From Candidatus Velthaea sp. (GTDB lineage Bacteria > Vulcanimicrobiota > Vulcanimicrobiia > Vulcanimicrobiales > Vulcanimicrobiaceae): a stretch of 35,094 nucleotides of DNA. Both the position numbers and the translations under genes were made by a program. The DNA lies in NCBI GenBank assembly GCA_050012475.1, contig JBEKHC010000051.1:1-35094 (forward strand), in the 5' to 3' direction. Position 1 is the first letter of the stretch; every line of letters begins with the position of its first letter. The notes under the pieces are model-generated. The model was not told the origin of the DNA. It ran no database searches and worked only from the letters and a program-made list of their open reading frames with translations. This document shows positions 1 through 9,200 of this stretch, one piece after another.

Positions 1-2
1 TG

Positions 3-1151
3 CGTTTCGAGGATATCGTCGCCCGAATCGGCGGCGACGAGTTCGCGATTTTGCTCAACGGGATCAGCGGGGAATCCGAGGCCAGTGACGCCGCCGAACG
101 CATTGGTACCGAGATACGGCAACCGATACGGATCGACGGCCGAGACGTCCTAGTGACGGTGAGCATCGGGATAGCAATGAGCAGTCCCAAGTACCTCCAT
201 CCCGAGGATATCCTCCAGGATGCGGATGCCGCCATGTATGTGGCCAAGACCGAGGGGCGGGCGCGAGCCGCAGTTTTCGAATCGTTCATGACGCCCGGCG
301 CTCGCCTAAAATCCGATTTGGCGGCGAGCTTACGCCAAGCGATCGAACGGGATGAGTTGCGGGTAGCCTATCAGCCCATCATGCGGTTGCGTGATACAAC
401 CCTCGTTGGTTTCGAGGCGCTCGTTCGTTGGCAGCACCCGGAGCGCGGGTTGCTCAATCCAGCGCGGTTCATCCCGGTGGCAGAAGAGAGCGATCTCATT
501 CTTGCCATCGACCAGTGGATGCTGCGCAAAGCCTCGCGACAGCTCGCACATTGGCAAGCCCACGGCATTGGTCCGGGGTTGCAAATGAGCATCAACGTTT
601 CAAGAAAAGAGTTTGCCCGCGGGGACTTCCTGGCCGATCTGCGCCAGATCCTCGAATCCACCGGGTTGGCGCCGACCTGCCTGCGGCTTGAAATTACCGA
701 GAGCGCGATCATGGAACGGTCCGAGCGCGCCGGCGCGATCCTGTCCGCAATCCGCGAGCTGGGCGTCGCGATTGACGTCGACGATTTTGGGACTGGCTAT
801 TCATCGCTGGAGACCTTACAGCACATGTCCGTGGATGCTCTGAAAATCGACTCGACGTTTATCGGCAGCATGAAGTCCCGCAACGGAACCGGACTTGTCG
901 AAACAGTCATTTTCTTGGCACGCAAGTTGGGGTTGGCAACGGTCTCGGAAGGCATCGAAACCGTCGAACAGCTTCGCGCGCTCGACGGACTGGCATGCGA
1001 GTTCGGCCAAGGGCATCTTTTTGCACCCCCGCTCGACGCCGAGGGTGCCGGAAAATTTATTACGGAAGGCAAATTCGCCACGCTGCTCGGGGTCTTCCGC
1101 ACATCCGTGATGAACCGGAGAAACCGGAAAAGAAAAGGAACGCGCGCTTGA
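3..1151 (+). CDS. GGDEF-EAL diguanylate cyclase/phosphodiesterase, 5' part outside the window
   Basis: The frame is open from position 3 (RFEDIVARIGGDEFAIL). It then shows ADAAMYVAK and the EAL-domain motifs FEALVRW, LEITES, DDFGTGYSSL, LKID and EGIET. Confidence 0.95.
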   Translation, partial: RFEDIVARIGGDEFAILLNGISGESEASDAAERIGTEIRQPIRIDGRDVLVTVSIGIAMSSPKYLHPEDILQDADAAMYVAKTEGRARAAVFESFMTPGARLKSDLAASLRQAIERDELRVAYQPIMRLRDTTLVGFEALVRWQHPERGLLNPARFIPVAEESDLILAIDQWMLRKASRQLAHWQAHGIGPGLQMSINVSRKEFARGDFLADLRQILESTGLAPTCLRLEITESAIMERSERAGAILSAIRELGVAIDVDDFGTGYSSLETLQHMSVDALKIDSTFIGSMKSRNGTGLVETVIFLARKLGLATVSEGIETVEQLRALDGLACEFGQGHLFAPPLDAEGAGKFITEGKFATLLGVFRTSVMNRRNRKRKGTRA

Positions 1152-1214
1152 CCGTGGCACCGAGGCGTTGCGGACACCGGCTTCGCCGTACGAGTCCCAG
1201 GGGGAGCAAAACCG

Positions 1215-1268
1215 CCACTGAGACCAGTGGTTGCAGGCAAAGTATCTGCAACGAACCCGGTCCAGTGG
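1215..1268. other. Nested inverted repeat / potential long hairpin
   Basis: CCACTG-a-GACC (1215-1225) pairs with GGTC-CAGTGG (1259-1268). The inner stem is GTTGCAG (1230-1236) with CTGCAAC (1246-1252) around a 9-nt loop. Confidence 0.45.
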
Positions 1269-1283
1269 TACGCTAAGGCTGTT

Positions 1284-1508
1284 ATGTCAGACACTCATTC
1301 GACGGGTGCGCGAAGCGCGTATCCCTGGTTCAGTTTTGAACAAACGCCAGAAGACCACGATGGCATGGACGAATCCAAGAGCGCCGATGAGCTGACGCTC
1401 GGCATTCTCCTTGACCGGTATGCCTTTGCGTGTCGAAAGCTCGGCGACCTTACCGATGTCACACCAAGCAGTGGCAAACAGCGTGACGTGGCTAAAGCGA
1501 ACCGCTGA
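1284..1508 (+). CDS. Hypothetical small protein (74 aa)
   Basis: The ATG at 1284 lies 9 nt after a TACGCT -10-like hexamer. It contains a protein-like helical stretch (ELTLGILLDRYAFACRKLGDL) but no recognised family. Confidence 0.35.
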   Translation: MSDTHSTGARSAYPWFSFEQTPEDHDGMDESKSADELTLGILLDRYAFACRKLGDLTDVTPSSGKQRDVAKANR

Positions 1509-1983
1509 GGCTTCCCAAAAGCTGGTCTTCGCACCGCTCGTTCGGCGCGAACCGCTGTCAGATCGCCGGAACTGATCCGCTCTTTCCGAGTCGAACAATG
1601 CGCGATTTTCGGCTTGGCAATAAACCAAGTCAAGTTTGCCATGTGTAGACTTCCACCGGGATCGTCCCCCCGCGGAGCGCTTTTAACCGCGCTGGCGACG
1701 GGAAGGTCGTGCCGAACGTCCAGACCTGGGCGAGGTGCCAGACCGTCGTCCGGGTCGGCGCCGGTCACAGCGAGGGGACTTTTGCAACGCATGGTGCCGT
1801 CACGGAACGGTGAACGGCGAGATCCGGTTGCCGACTCTCGGCCGACGGTCCCAAAACGCGATTGAAAACGGCCCGGGGTGGAGCCTCGGGCTATCTTACT
1901 GTTGCTTGGCTACTCTGGGGCTTCTTCTGTTTTCGAGGCATGGCCGCTGACGGTCCGACGCCAGATCCGGAGATGGCCAATCG

Positions 1984-2184
1984 CTATGTTTGAAGCCCTT
2001 GCCGCTCGAGGCGAGCCGCCCGAACGCGCCGATCTTCGCGCCACGCATCATAGCCCACGGCGATAAGAATGGCAACCCAGATGGAGCCGAGCACCGTAAA
2101 AGCCCAAGACGGAAGATGCGTTATGACCACACACGCAATCGCGATGACAACCGTCAGCGCGCACAACAAACGGAACAATGACAA
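1984..2184 (-). CDS. Small membrane protein, 2 TM helices (66 aa)
   Basis: TTG start with a GAGGT RBS about 9 nt upstream, two hydrophobic segments and a basic tail. Confidence 0.55.
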   Translation of the reverse strand: MSLFRLLCALTVVIAIACVVITHLPSWAFTVLGSIWVAILIAVGYDAWREDRRVRAARLERQGLQT

Positions 2185-2331
2185 CTGAAGAATACCTCGC
2201 GGCAGAGACTATGTGCAAATGGTACGATGCCGCAGCGCGTCGCGCTAGAGCCGGAAGGCCAGCACATCGAGGAACCAATTTGCCATCCGTAACGGAACGA
2301 AAAACGATGTGGCTGAAGCTGAGCTGCTGAT

Positions 2332-2346
2332 TGACAATGGTTTTCA
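2332..2346. promoter_or_regulatory. Fur-box-like 7-1-7 element overlapping a TTGACA hexamer
   Basis: TGACAAT-G-GTTTTCA versus the Fur consensus TGATAAT-N-ATTATCA gives half-site matches of 6/7 and 5/7, in an AT-rich intergenic patch. Confidence 0.3.
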
Positions 2347-2564
2347 GAATGTCGTTGCACGCATAGCAAAATAAATCTGCCGCACGAGGATTTGCAGCAG
2401 GGAGCGCAGGCACGAAGACGAGCGTTTCTTATCATTCGCAGCACTCGCGGCCGCCGACTCAATGCTCTCCACACAACTTAAGGCGGCGCGGCATTTCATC
2501 AGGCGCAGCCAAACGTCGTGTTCCAAGACAGTGGCAAGGTGGCTTTACTCGTAGAAGGATCGCA

Positions 2565-2945
2565 ATGGCTCGTCACTTCGATCGGACGTTTCATCGATTG
2601 CGATCGCAAATTGCATACCTGCGAAGCGCGGGGGAACGCGTCGGCACGCACGACGTCTTCGACATTTCGACCGGGCGTTATGCGAGCGCGGCACCATTGC
2701 CGATCGGACGCGATCACATGGGCCTGGTTCCGTTCTCCGGGCAGCTCTACGCGATCGCCGGGCGCATCGACGACTTCGACCACATTACTTCCTACGTCGA
2801 CGTCTGCGATCGGCGAAAGATGCGAAGCGGCATGGCCGTCGCACTCTATCGTGAGCGCTTCTTCGCGATCGACGGCGAGCGCCGCGGCGGTACGTGCAGG
2901 GCCGGCACGGCACGGGCGCTGTTCGTCTTTGGCTTGCCGGAATGA
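2565..2945 (+). pseudogene. Kelch-repeat (beta-propeller) protein remnant
   Basis: About 1.5-2 Kelch blades are visible (THDVFDISTGRYASAAPLPIGRDHMGLVPFSGQLYAIAGR...YVDV and RSGMAVALYRERFFAIDGE). The W...APMP linker is missing between them, and the fragment is too short for a propeller. Confidence 0.7.
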
Positions 2946-2950
2946 TCCGG

Positions 2951-4636
2951 CTACGGAACGATCCAGCTCGAAATTGCCGGCAGCGATTCGACCATTGAGA
3001 TGAGGCACATCAGCACGAGCAGACCTAAACTCCAGCCGACGACTCTGCGGAAGATCGCGCCTTCGGAGCCCACGAGTTTGACGGTTGCGGCCGCCACCGC
3101 CAGCGACTGAACGCTGATGGCTTTGGCGACCACCCCGCCCGACGAATTCGACGCCGCCGCCAGGACCGGGGAGATCCCGGTCTGCTTCGCAGCGGCGGTC
3201 TGAAGATTGCCGAACAGCACGTTCGCCGACGAGTCGGACCCGGTCAGCGCCGAGCCGATCCAACCGATCACCGGAGAAATGAACGCAAATGCGGTGCCGC
3301 CGACGCCGGCTAGAAAGAGCCCGAGCGTCGTGGTTTGTCCGGACAGATTTGCGACATAGGCCAAAGCGAAGATCGACATCACGGTGAGTGCCGCCGACCC
3401 GAGCTGGCGCAGCGTGGCGCTGAACGAACGCAGCGCGCCGGAGAAGCCGACGCCCAGAGCGAGCGACGTGAGAATCCCGCAGATGAACAATAATGTCCCC
3501 GTGGCCGGCAGCCAATTGAAACGATAGACCGTGGCGATCGTTTTCCCCGCGCTGCTCGCGAGGTCGAGACCGGGCCAACTGAAGACCACGACGCCCTTGC
3601 CGAGCAGACCTTTGAGCGGCTCGAACTGGACGGCGACGAAGACGAAGATGATGATTAAATACGGTGCGAACGCCTGAAGGACGGTTGCTCCGGTAAAGGG
3701 GATGTCGCGGCCGCCTTCGGTTTCGACATGCACGTGATCGCCGCTCGGCGCGACGGCCGCGGCCGGGGCTGACGCCACCGGCCGGCCCGGTGCAGCCGAG
3801 GGCGGAGCCCAGCTCGACCGGCCGACGAGGCGCAGATAACCGAGCAGCGCGACCGCCGACGTCAGCGACGCCAACACGTCGGCCAACTGCACCGAGATAA
3901 AATTCGATGCCAGGAATTGCATCCCGGCGAACGCTAAGCCGGCCACCAGCGCGACGCGCCACTCCGCGCGCAACGCAGCCGGTCCGCCGATGACGATCAG
4001 CAACACGAAGGGGACGAGCAGCGCGAGCATGGGGGTTTGCCGGCCGACCATCGCGCCGAGTTCCGAGAGCGGCAAGCCGGTCGTGGTCGACAGCGCCACC
4101 AATGGAAGCGCGAGCGTACCAAACGCGACCGGGACGGAGTCGGCGATGAGCGCTGCGACCGCGGCTTTGACCGGCGCAAAGCCGATGCCGACGAGCATCG
4201 CCGCGCAGATGGCGACCGGCGCGCCCGCGCCGATGAGTCCTTCGAGCAGCCCGCCGAAGCAATACGCGATGATGAGGACCTGCACTTCGTTCGTGTCGCC
4301 GATACGCAGAAACACCTGACGGAGCACGGAAAAGTGCCCGCTCTCGACCGTCGTATTGTAGATCCAGATCGCGTTGACGATCACCCACAGGACCGCCAGC
4401 ACGCCGAACGCTGCCCCGTAGATTGCGACGTTGATCGCGGTGAGCGCGTTCATCCCGTACCCGGCGGCAGCGATGATGATGGCGGCCAGCAAAGCCGCAC
4501 CGGTCGCGCGTTCGGCGCGCCACGATAATCCGCCGAGCAGGACGAACAGCACGACGATCGGGACGGCGGCAACGAGCGACGACCACGCCAGCGATCCCGC
4601 GATCGGATTGGTGACTTGATGAAACACGGCGCTCAC
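2951..4636 (-). CDS. L-lactate permease (LctP/GlcA family)
   Basis: About 14 TM segments with the family motifs FGGLLEG...GAGAPVAI, PVAFGTLALP, LTGSDSSANVLFGNLQ, SSGGVVAKAISVQSLAVA and GSEGAIFR. Confidence 0.92.
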   Translation of the reverse strand: MSAVFHQVTNPIAGSLAWSSLVAAVPIVVLFVLLGGLSWRAERATGAALLAAIIIAAAGYGMNALTAINVAIYGAAFGVLAVLWVIVNAIWIYNTTVESGHFSVLRQVFLRIGDTNEVQVLIIAYCFGGLLEGLIGAGAPVAICAAMLVGIGFAPVKAAVAALIADSVPVAFGTLALPLVALSTTTGLPLSELGAMVGRQTPMLALLVPFVLLIVIGGPAALRAEWRVALVAGLAFAGMQFLASNFISVQLADVLASLTSAVALLGYLRLVGRSSWAPPSAAPGRPVASAPAAAVAPSGDHVHVETEGGRDIPFTGATVLQAFAPYLIIIFVFVAVQFEPLKGLLGKGVVVFSWPGLDLASSAGKTIATVYRFNWLPATGTLLFICGILTSLALGVGFSGALRSFSATLRQLGSAALTVMSIFALAYVANLSGQTTTLGLFLAGVGGTAFAFISPVIGWIGSALTGSDSSANVLFGNLQTAAAKQTGISPVLAAASNSSGGVVAKAISVQSLAVAAATVKLVGSEGAIFRRVVGWSLGLLVLMCLISMVESLPAISSWIVP

Positions 4637-4645
4637 ATCAGCCGC

Positions 4646-5407
4646 TCAGTGGATGTGCGAGCCGCCGTTGATATCGTAGGTGACGCCCGTGAGATAAGCA
4701 GCGTCGTCGCTGGCCAAAAAGGCAAAGAGCGCCGCCACTTCTTCCGCCGTGCCCTGGCGCCCGAGCAAAACGTCCGCGGCCAGCGATGCCTCGCGTTCAG
4801 GCGTGGTCAGTCCCGCGCGGATGTCGGTGTCGATGACTCCCGGTGCCACGGCATTGACCGTCACGCCAGTCGGCCCCAACTCGCGCGCCAGCGCCCGTGT
4901 CAATCCGAGGATCGCCGCTTTTGCGGCCGAGTACGGCACGCCGCCGAACACCCCGCCGCCGCGGATCGCCGACACCGACGACATGTTGACGATCCGTCCG
5001 TCGTGCGCTGCGACCAGCAGCGGGGTGACGCGCTTGGTGACGATGTAGGTGCCGGTGGCGTTGATGCGCATGACGCGCTCCCATTCCGCGAGCGTCGTCT
5101 GGAGAAAGCGCGTCGGCGACGTAATGCCGGCGATGTTGAACAAGGCTCGGATCGGCGGAAGCTTCCGCTCGACTTCGCTCACCGCGGCGTCCACCGATCC
5201 CTCGTCGGTCACGTCGGCACCGAGCCCGACCGTCGGGACGCCGTGCAATTTCGCGATCTCAGCGGCGCCGGCCCGGGCCTGCTCGGCGTCGAGATCGAGC
5301 AGCGCGACGGCCCACCCGTCCCGCGCCATTCGGGTTGCGGCGGCGCGGCCGATGCCGCGCGACGATCCCGCGCCGGTGACGATAACGGTGCGCATTGTGT
5401 CGGCCAC
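4646..5407 (-). CDS. SDR family NAD(P)-dependent oxidoreductase
   Basis: TGAGSSRGIG Rossmann motif, NIAGI, catalytic YSAAK, VNAVAPGVIDT and an AAGGAG RBS before the GTG start. Confidence 0.95.
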   Translation of the reverse strand: MADTMRTVIVTGAGSSRGIGRAAATRMARDGWAVALLDLDAEQARAGAAEIAKLHGVPTVGLGADVTDEGSVDAAVSEVERKLPPIRALFNIAGITSPTRFLQTTLAEWERVMRINATGTYIVTKRVTPLLVAAHDGRIVNMSSVSAIRGGGVFGGVPYSAAKAAILGLTRALARELGPTGVTVNAVAPGVIDTDIRAGLTTPEREASLAADVLLGRQGTAEEVAALFAFLASDDAAYLTGVTYDINGGSHIH

Positions 5408-5463
5408 GCATCTTCTCCTTACTGATGACCACCGGCGTTTCGGCCGGCAGTGTGAACGAACGA

Positions 5464-6318
5464 TCAGCGCGCTTGAGCGGGCGCTTTCGTCAGCAGATTC
5501 GAGATGTAATCGCTCGCGCGCTCGGTTGCCGCCGGGCGATCGCCTTCCGCAACGTCGCGCGTTTCGAGTTCGAGTGCGTAGTGACCCGGATAGGCATGCT
5601 CTTTGAACGCTTCGAGCAGATCGGCAAAATCAACCTTGCCATTTCCGATGCTCAAATGGATGTCGCCGGGAACCGCGTCGCGCAGGTGAACGTGCACGAC
5701 GCGGTCATCGAGCGCGTCGAGATACGCGCGCGTGTCGTCCTCTGCCGCGACGACGTGGCTGACGTCGTAGACGATGCCGACGCGGCGGCGATCGAGCCGG
5801 CCGACGAGCGCCGTCGCCCGCCGCGCGTTATGACAAAAGCGCAGCGAATGAAGCGCCTCCACCCACAATTCGAATCCCGCTGCGCACACCGCGTCCGCGG
5901 CCCGATGCAGCTGGGCCGCGACGAGATCGAGGTCAGCGCTTTCACCGACGATCGGCTCGGATGCTAAGCGTCCGCACGGCAGCACGATTGCCCCCGAACC
6001 GGTCTCGCGTGCTAATTCGATAAGCGCGGCCACGTGCTCGTCGCGGGCGGCTTGTGCGGCGTCGTCGAGCGGCTCGTTGAGGTCGCCAACGTCGGCATTG
6101 ATGGACCGGACCGCCAATCCGCTGTCCTTGACCTGGCCGCCTACGAATCGAATCGCTTCAGCGTCGAGAACCATCGGCACGTGATCGCAGACGCCGGGCA
6201 GCGCGCCGAGATCGATCTCGGCAAACCCAAGCTCGCGAATGATCCGCAGCGCTTCGTCGAGCGGACGATGGCGGAAGGTGATGCTGGAACATCCGACGCG
6301 AGAATCCGGCGTGCTCAT
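5464..6318 (-). CDS. Sugar phosphate isomerase/epimerase (xylose-isomerase-like TIM barrel)
   Basis: Metal-ligand motifs WVEALH, YDVSHV, HVHLRDA, GNGKVDF and ALELE, with a GGAGG RBS. Confidence 0.9.
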   Translation of the reverse strand: MSTPDSRVGCSSITFRHRPLDEALRIIRELGFAEIDLGALPGVCDHVPMVLDAEAIRFVGGQVKDSGLAVRSINADVGDLNEPLDDAAQAARDEHVAALIELARETGSGAIVLPCGRLASEPIVGESADLDLVAAQLHRAADAVCAAGFELWVEALHSLRFCHNARRATALVGRLDRRRVGIVYDVSHVVAAEDDTRAYLDALDDRVVHVHLRDAVPGDIHLSIGNGKVDFADLLEAFKEHAYPGHYALELETRDVAEGDRPAATERASDYISNLLTKAPAQAR

Positions 6319-6495
6319 GGCTTTCCTCCGCTGCGTGGTCCAAGCGGTCGCGATCTACCCTTTTCCCTTCGGGGCTTTTTGCGTATCGCCTACCGATTTT
6401 GAGAGGCCGGCCAAGCACGACGCGGGGTGTATTCAAGCCTGCCTCCGGCTTCGTCGTCGGCGCGGCCGCGCGTCGGCGCAGCAACCACGGTACCG

Positions 6496-6639
6496 TCAGC
6501 GAACCCGGCTTTCGAGCAAGGTTTCGATTTCGATCGGCACGGATCGCGCCCGGATGCCGGAGGCGTGGTAGACCGCAGCGGCGATTGCCGGTGCGACGCC
6601 GGCGAGCCCGATCTCGCCCCCACCGCGCGCGCCGGCGCC
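6496..6639 (-). pseudogene. C-terminal remnant of a xanthine-dehydrogenase-family molybdopterin-binding subunit
   Basis: GARGGGEIGLAGVAPAIAAAVYHASGIRARSVPIEIETLL matches the conserved C-terminus G(A)KGxGE...AIANAVxxATGxRxRxLPI. Only about 47 codons remain and there is no start codon. Confidence 0.8.
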
Positions 6640-6640
6640 C

Positions 6641-7534
6641 TCAGTCGACGACGAGGACGATCTTTCCGCGGGTGTGACGGGTCTCGATCGCCGCTTGGGC
6701 GAGCCGCGCATCGGCCAGCGGAAACGTTTGTGCGATCTCCACGTGCAACGTCCCGTTCTCGAATAGCGCGCGCAGCGTGTCGAGCCGCTTCGCGCTCGGA
6801 GCCGATTCCGTGTGCGCGATCGTGATGCCCCGTTCGGCGCGGACTTCTTCGCCCACGAGCTCCGCCAAGCGCCCGCCGTCGCGCACGGCGTGAATCGTCG
6901 TTTTGGCGTTGTCGTCTCTCCCGACGCAGTCGAGCGCAGCATCGACGCCAGCCGGGGCGAACTTCTTCACTCCGGCAACGACGTCGCCCGCGGTATAATC
7001 GACGACGTCGGCGGCGCCGAGCGTGCGAACGTATTCGATGTTCGCCGTGCCGGCCGTCGCGATCACGCGGGCTCCGAGAACCTTGCCGGCGATCTGAACG
7101 GCCAGCGTCCCGACACCGCCGGAGGCACCCGCGATCAAGACCGTCTGCCCAGCCTCGACACGCAGCTCATCGACGAGCGCCTGATGGGACGTTATCCCAT
7201 CGACGGGGATGGCAGCCGCTTCGATGAACGAAAGGTTCTTGGGCTTGAGCGCGACGTCGTCGGCTTTCACGCAAACGTACTGCGCGTACGCGCCTTGGTC
7301 GCCGTAGAAATACGTATAGACCTCGTCACCTTCGTGCAGCGGCCCGTCAACGCCGGCGCCCACCGCGTCGACCATGCCGGAACACTCGGCGCCGACGCCC
7401 GCGGCGCGTACCCGGATGCGGACTTCGTCGGCTTCGGGCTCGGGCACCGGCAGTTCACGAAAGAGCAGTTTGTCGAGGCCGCCGTAGCCGTCGATCGCGA
7501 TCGCCTGCATGACCGCTTTGGTTTGTGTTGCCAT
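6641..7534 (-). CDS. NADPH:quinone oxidoreductase-like MDR family protein, with an apparent in-frame deletion
   Basis: Motifs EVRIRVRAAGV, GAYAQY, EAAAIP, AGASGGVGTLAVQIA, LGAADVVDY and GKIVL. ATG at 7534 chosen as the start. Confidence 0.9.
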   Translation of the reverse strand: MATQTKAVMQAIAIDGYGGLDKLLFRELPVPEPEADEVRIRVRAAGVGAECSGMVDAVGAGVDGPLHEGDEVYTYFYGDQGAYAQYVCVKADDVALKPKNLSFIEAAAIPVDGITSHQALVDELRVEAGQTVLIAGASGGVGTLAVQIAGKVLGARVIATAGTANIEYVRTLGAADVVDYTAGDVVAGVKKFAPAGVDAALDCVGRDDNAKTTIHAVRDGGRLAELVGEEVRAERGITIAHTESAPSAKRLDTLRALFENGTLHVEIAQTFPLADARLAQAAIETRHTRGKIVLVVD

Positions 7535-7666
7535 AGGCACGTCGTACCCGGCCGGCGCGTAAGTCCGTAAGACCGAAGGCAACTGTGTTCTCAATACTGG
7601 CGCTTTGCCGCGGCCTCGCTTACTCGAGCCCTCCCGCCGGAATTGGGTTTAGCACGCCGGCCCAGC

Positions 7667-8620
7667 TCAGGCGAGTGAAGCCGATGGCTCGCCCGACAGC
7701 GTTGCGATCAGTTCTGCCTTAACGATCTCGGCGCGGTCATTTGAGATTTGGCAGGTTCCGGCCGCGCGATGTCCGCCGCCGTCATACCGGAGGCACACGG
7801 CGCCGATATCGATAGACGAACTGCGATCCAGAATGGACTTGCCGATCGCGAAGACCGTATTTTGCTTCTTCAAGCCCCACATGACGTGAACCGAAATGTC
7901 GCACTCGGGAAAGAGCGCGTAGATGGAAAAACGGTTGCCCGCGTAGATGACGTCTTCCGCCCGAAGATCGATCAAGGCGAGCTTGCCGTAAACGGTCGTG
8001 CAGCGTCGAACTTGGTCGGTGAACCGGTCGCGGTGGGCACGGTAGAGGTCGACGCGCTCTTGCACGTCCGGAGTTTGCAGCACTTCTTCAATGCCGTGGT
8101 CGCGGCATTGGTCGATGAGGTGCATCATGAGATCGTAATTGGAGATGCGAAAGTCACGAAACCGGCCGAGCCCGGTCCGGGAGTCCATCAGAAAATTCAG
8201 CAGCACCCAACCCTGCGGGTTGAGGATCTCGTCACGCGTGAACTGCGCAGAATCCGCCTTGTCGACCGCCTCCATGAGCTCGGCGCTGATGCGCGGGAAG
8301 CTCTTTGCGCCGCCATAATGATTGAAGACGACGCGCGCCGCAGACGGCGCGGCCGGATCGATCACGTGATTTTGATACGTCCGCTCACCCTTGCGCGCAA
8401 TCTCGCTGGAGTGGTGGTCGAAGGCGATGTAGCAACCTTCGACATACGGAAGGTTCGTTACGATGTCGCGCGCGGTAATCTGCACGATGCCATCCTGCAT
8501 GTCTTTGGGATGGGCAAACGTGATGTCATCGATGAGATCCAACTCGCGCAGCAGCATGCCGCACACGAGGCCATCGAAGTCACTGCGAGTGACGAGACGA
8601 TATTTCTGAGGCGTCGCCAT
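7667..8620 (-). CDS. DHH-family phosphoesterase (NrnB/exopolyphosphatase-related)
   Basis: Motifs RLVTRSDFDGLVC, FDHHSSE and the C-terminal DHHA1 motif GGGHRAAGTCQ. Confidence 0.88.
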   Translation of the reverse strand: MATPQKYRLVTRSDFDGLVCGMLLRELDLIDDITFAHPKDMQDGIVQITARDIVTNLPYVEGCYIAFDHHSSEIARKGERTYQNHVIDPAAPSAARVVFNHYGGAKSFPRISAELMEAVDKADSAQFTRDEILNPQGWVLLNFLMDSRTGLGRFRDFRISNYDLMMHLIDQCRDHGIEEVLQTPDVQERVDLYRAHRDRFTDQVRRCTTVYGKLALIDLRAEDVIYAGNRFSIYALFPECDISVHVMWGLKKQNTVFAIGKSILDRSSSIDIGAVCLRYDGGGHRAAGTCQISNDRAEIVKAELIATLSGEPSASLA

Positions 8621-8705
8621 GGTTCGCGCACTTGCACGTTCGATCGGCGAAAGCATGCCGGCACCGTGCTAAGACTTCGTTACGCGGGCTGAATCAGAGC
8701 ATCCC

Positions 8706-9200
8706 TTAGACGCACGACCATTCGGGCGAGTTGTACGTGACCTTTGCGACCCGGTCGCGGCTATCGAATGAAATGTCTTCGTAAATCACGGCGCTGCAGC
8801 TTCCCGTCCAACCGGCGTCAAGTCGCACGTTCACCTCCGGATGATACGTGTAATTCGGCTCCGCCGGATCGTCTGCATCGGATACGACACGCGGCTTCGG
8901 CCAAGTATTGTCATCGACGCGCACCATTTGACCCAGGCCGTTCACGCGCCAAACCGCATCGCGCGGATTGGTCGCCGTTAAGTTATGAGCACGCAGCCAG
9001 GCATAGACGTCGGTGCGCGGCATTCCGGGAGCGATGGCGGTCCTCATCTCCGCGACGATCCGGCTGTTGATCGCTGCATACCTCGGCACGGAAACGTAGC
9101 GGCCAATAGCCTGAATTGCAACGACGATGAGGAGCGCAATCGGTAGGGCGCCGATGAAGATAGCAGCAAGGACGCTCCGGTTGGGTTGGGGTCGTTCCAT
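8706..9200 (-). CDS. Membrane-anchored hypothetical protein, possible SmpA/BamE-like small alpha/beta fold
   Basis: N-terminal TM helix and a GGAGAG RBS before the ATG at 9200. IAPGMPRTDV...ISFDSRDRV pattern and a C-terminal Cys pair. Confidence 0.6.
   Translation of the reverse strand: MERPQPNRSVLAAIFIGALPIALLIVVAIQAIGRYVSVPRYAAINSRIVAEMRTAIAPGMPRTDVYAWLRAHNLTATNPRDAVWRVNGLGQMVRVDDNTWPKPRVVSDADDPAEPNYTYHPEVNVRLDAGWTGSCSAVIYEDISFDSRDRVAKVTYNSPEWSCV

Noticed and set aside
1484..1575. Possible +1 frameshift extending the 1284 ORF with WLKRTAEASQKLVFAPLV
   Set aside because: It reads plausibly, but there is no homolog or slippery-site evidence to support it.
2499..4586. 695-aa alternative-frame ORF; likewise 21928-23736, 16485-18110 and 7748-8692
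   Set aside because: They overlap well-supported genes and have the low-complexity Arg-rich composition typical of GC-rich off-frames.
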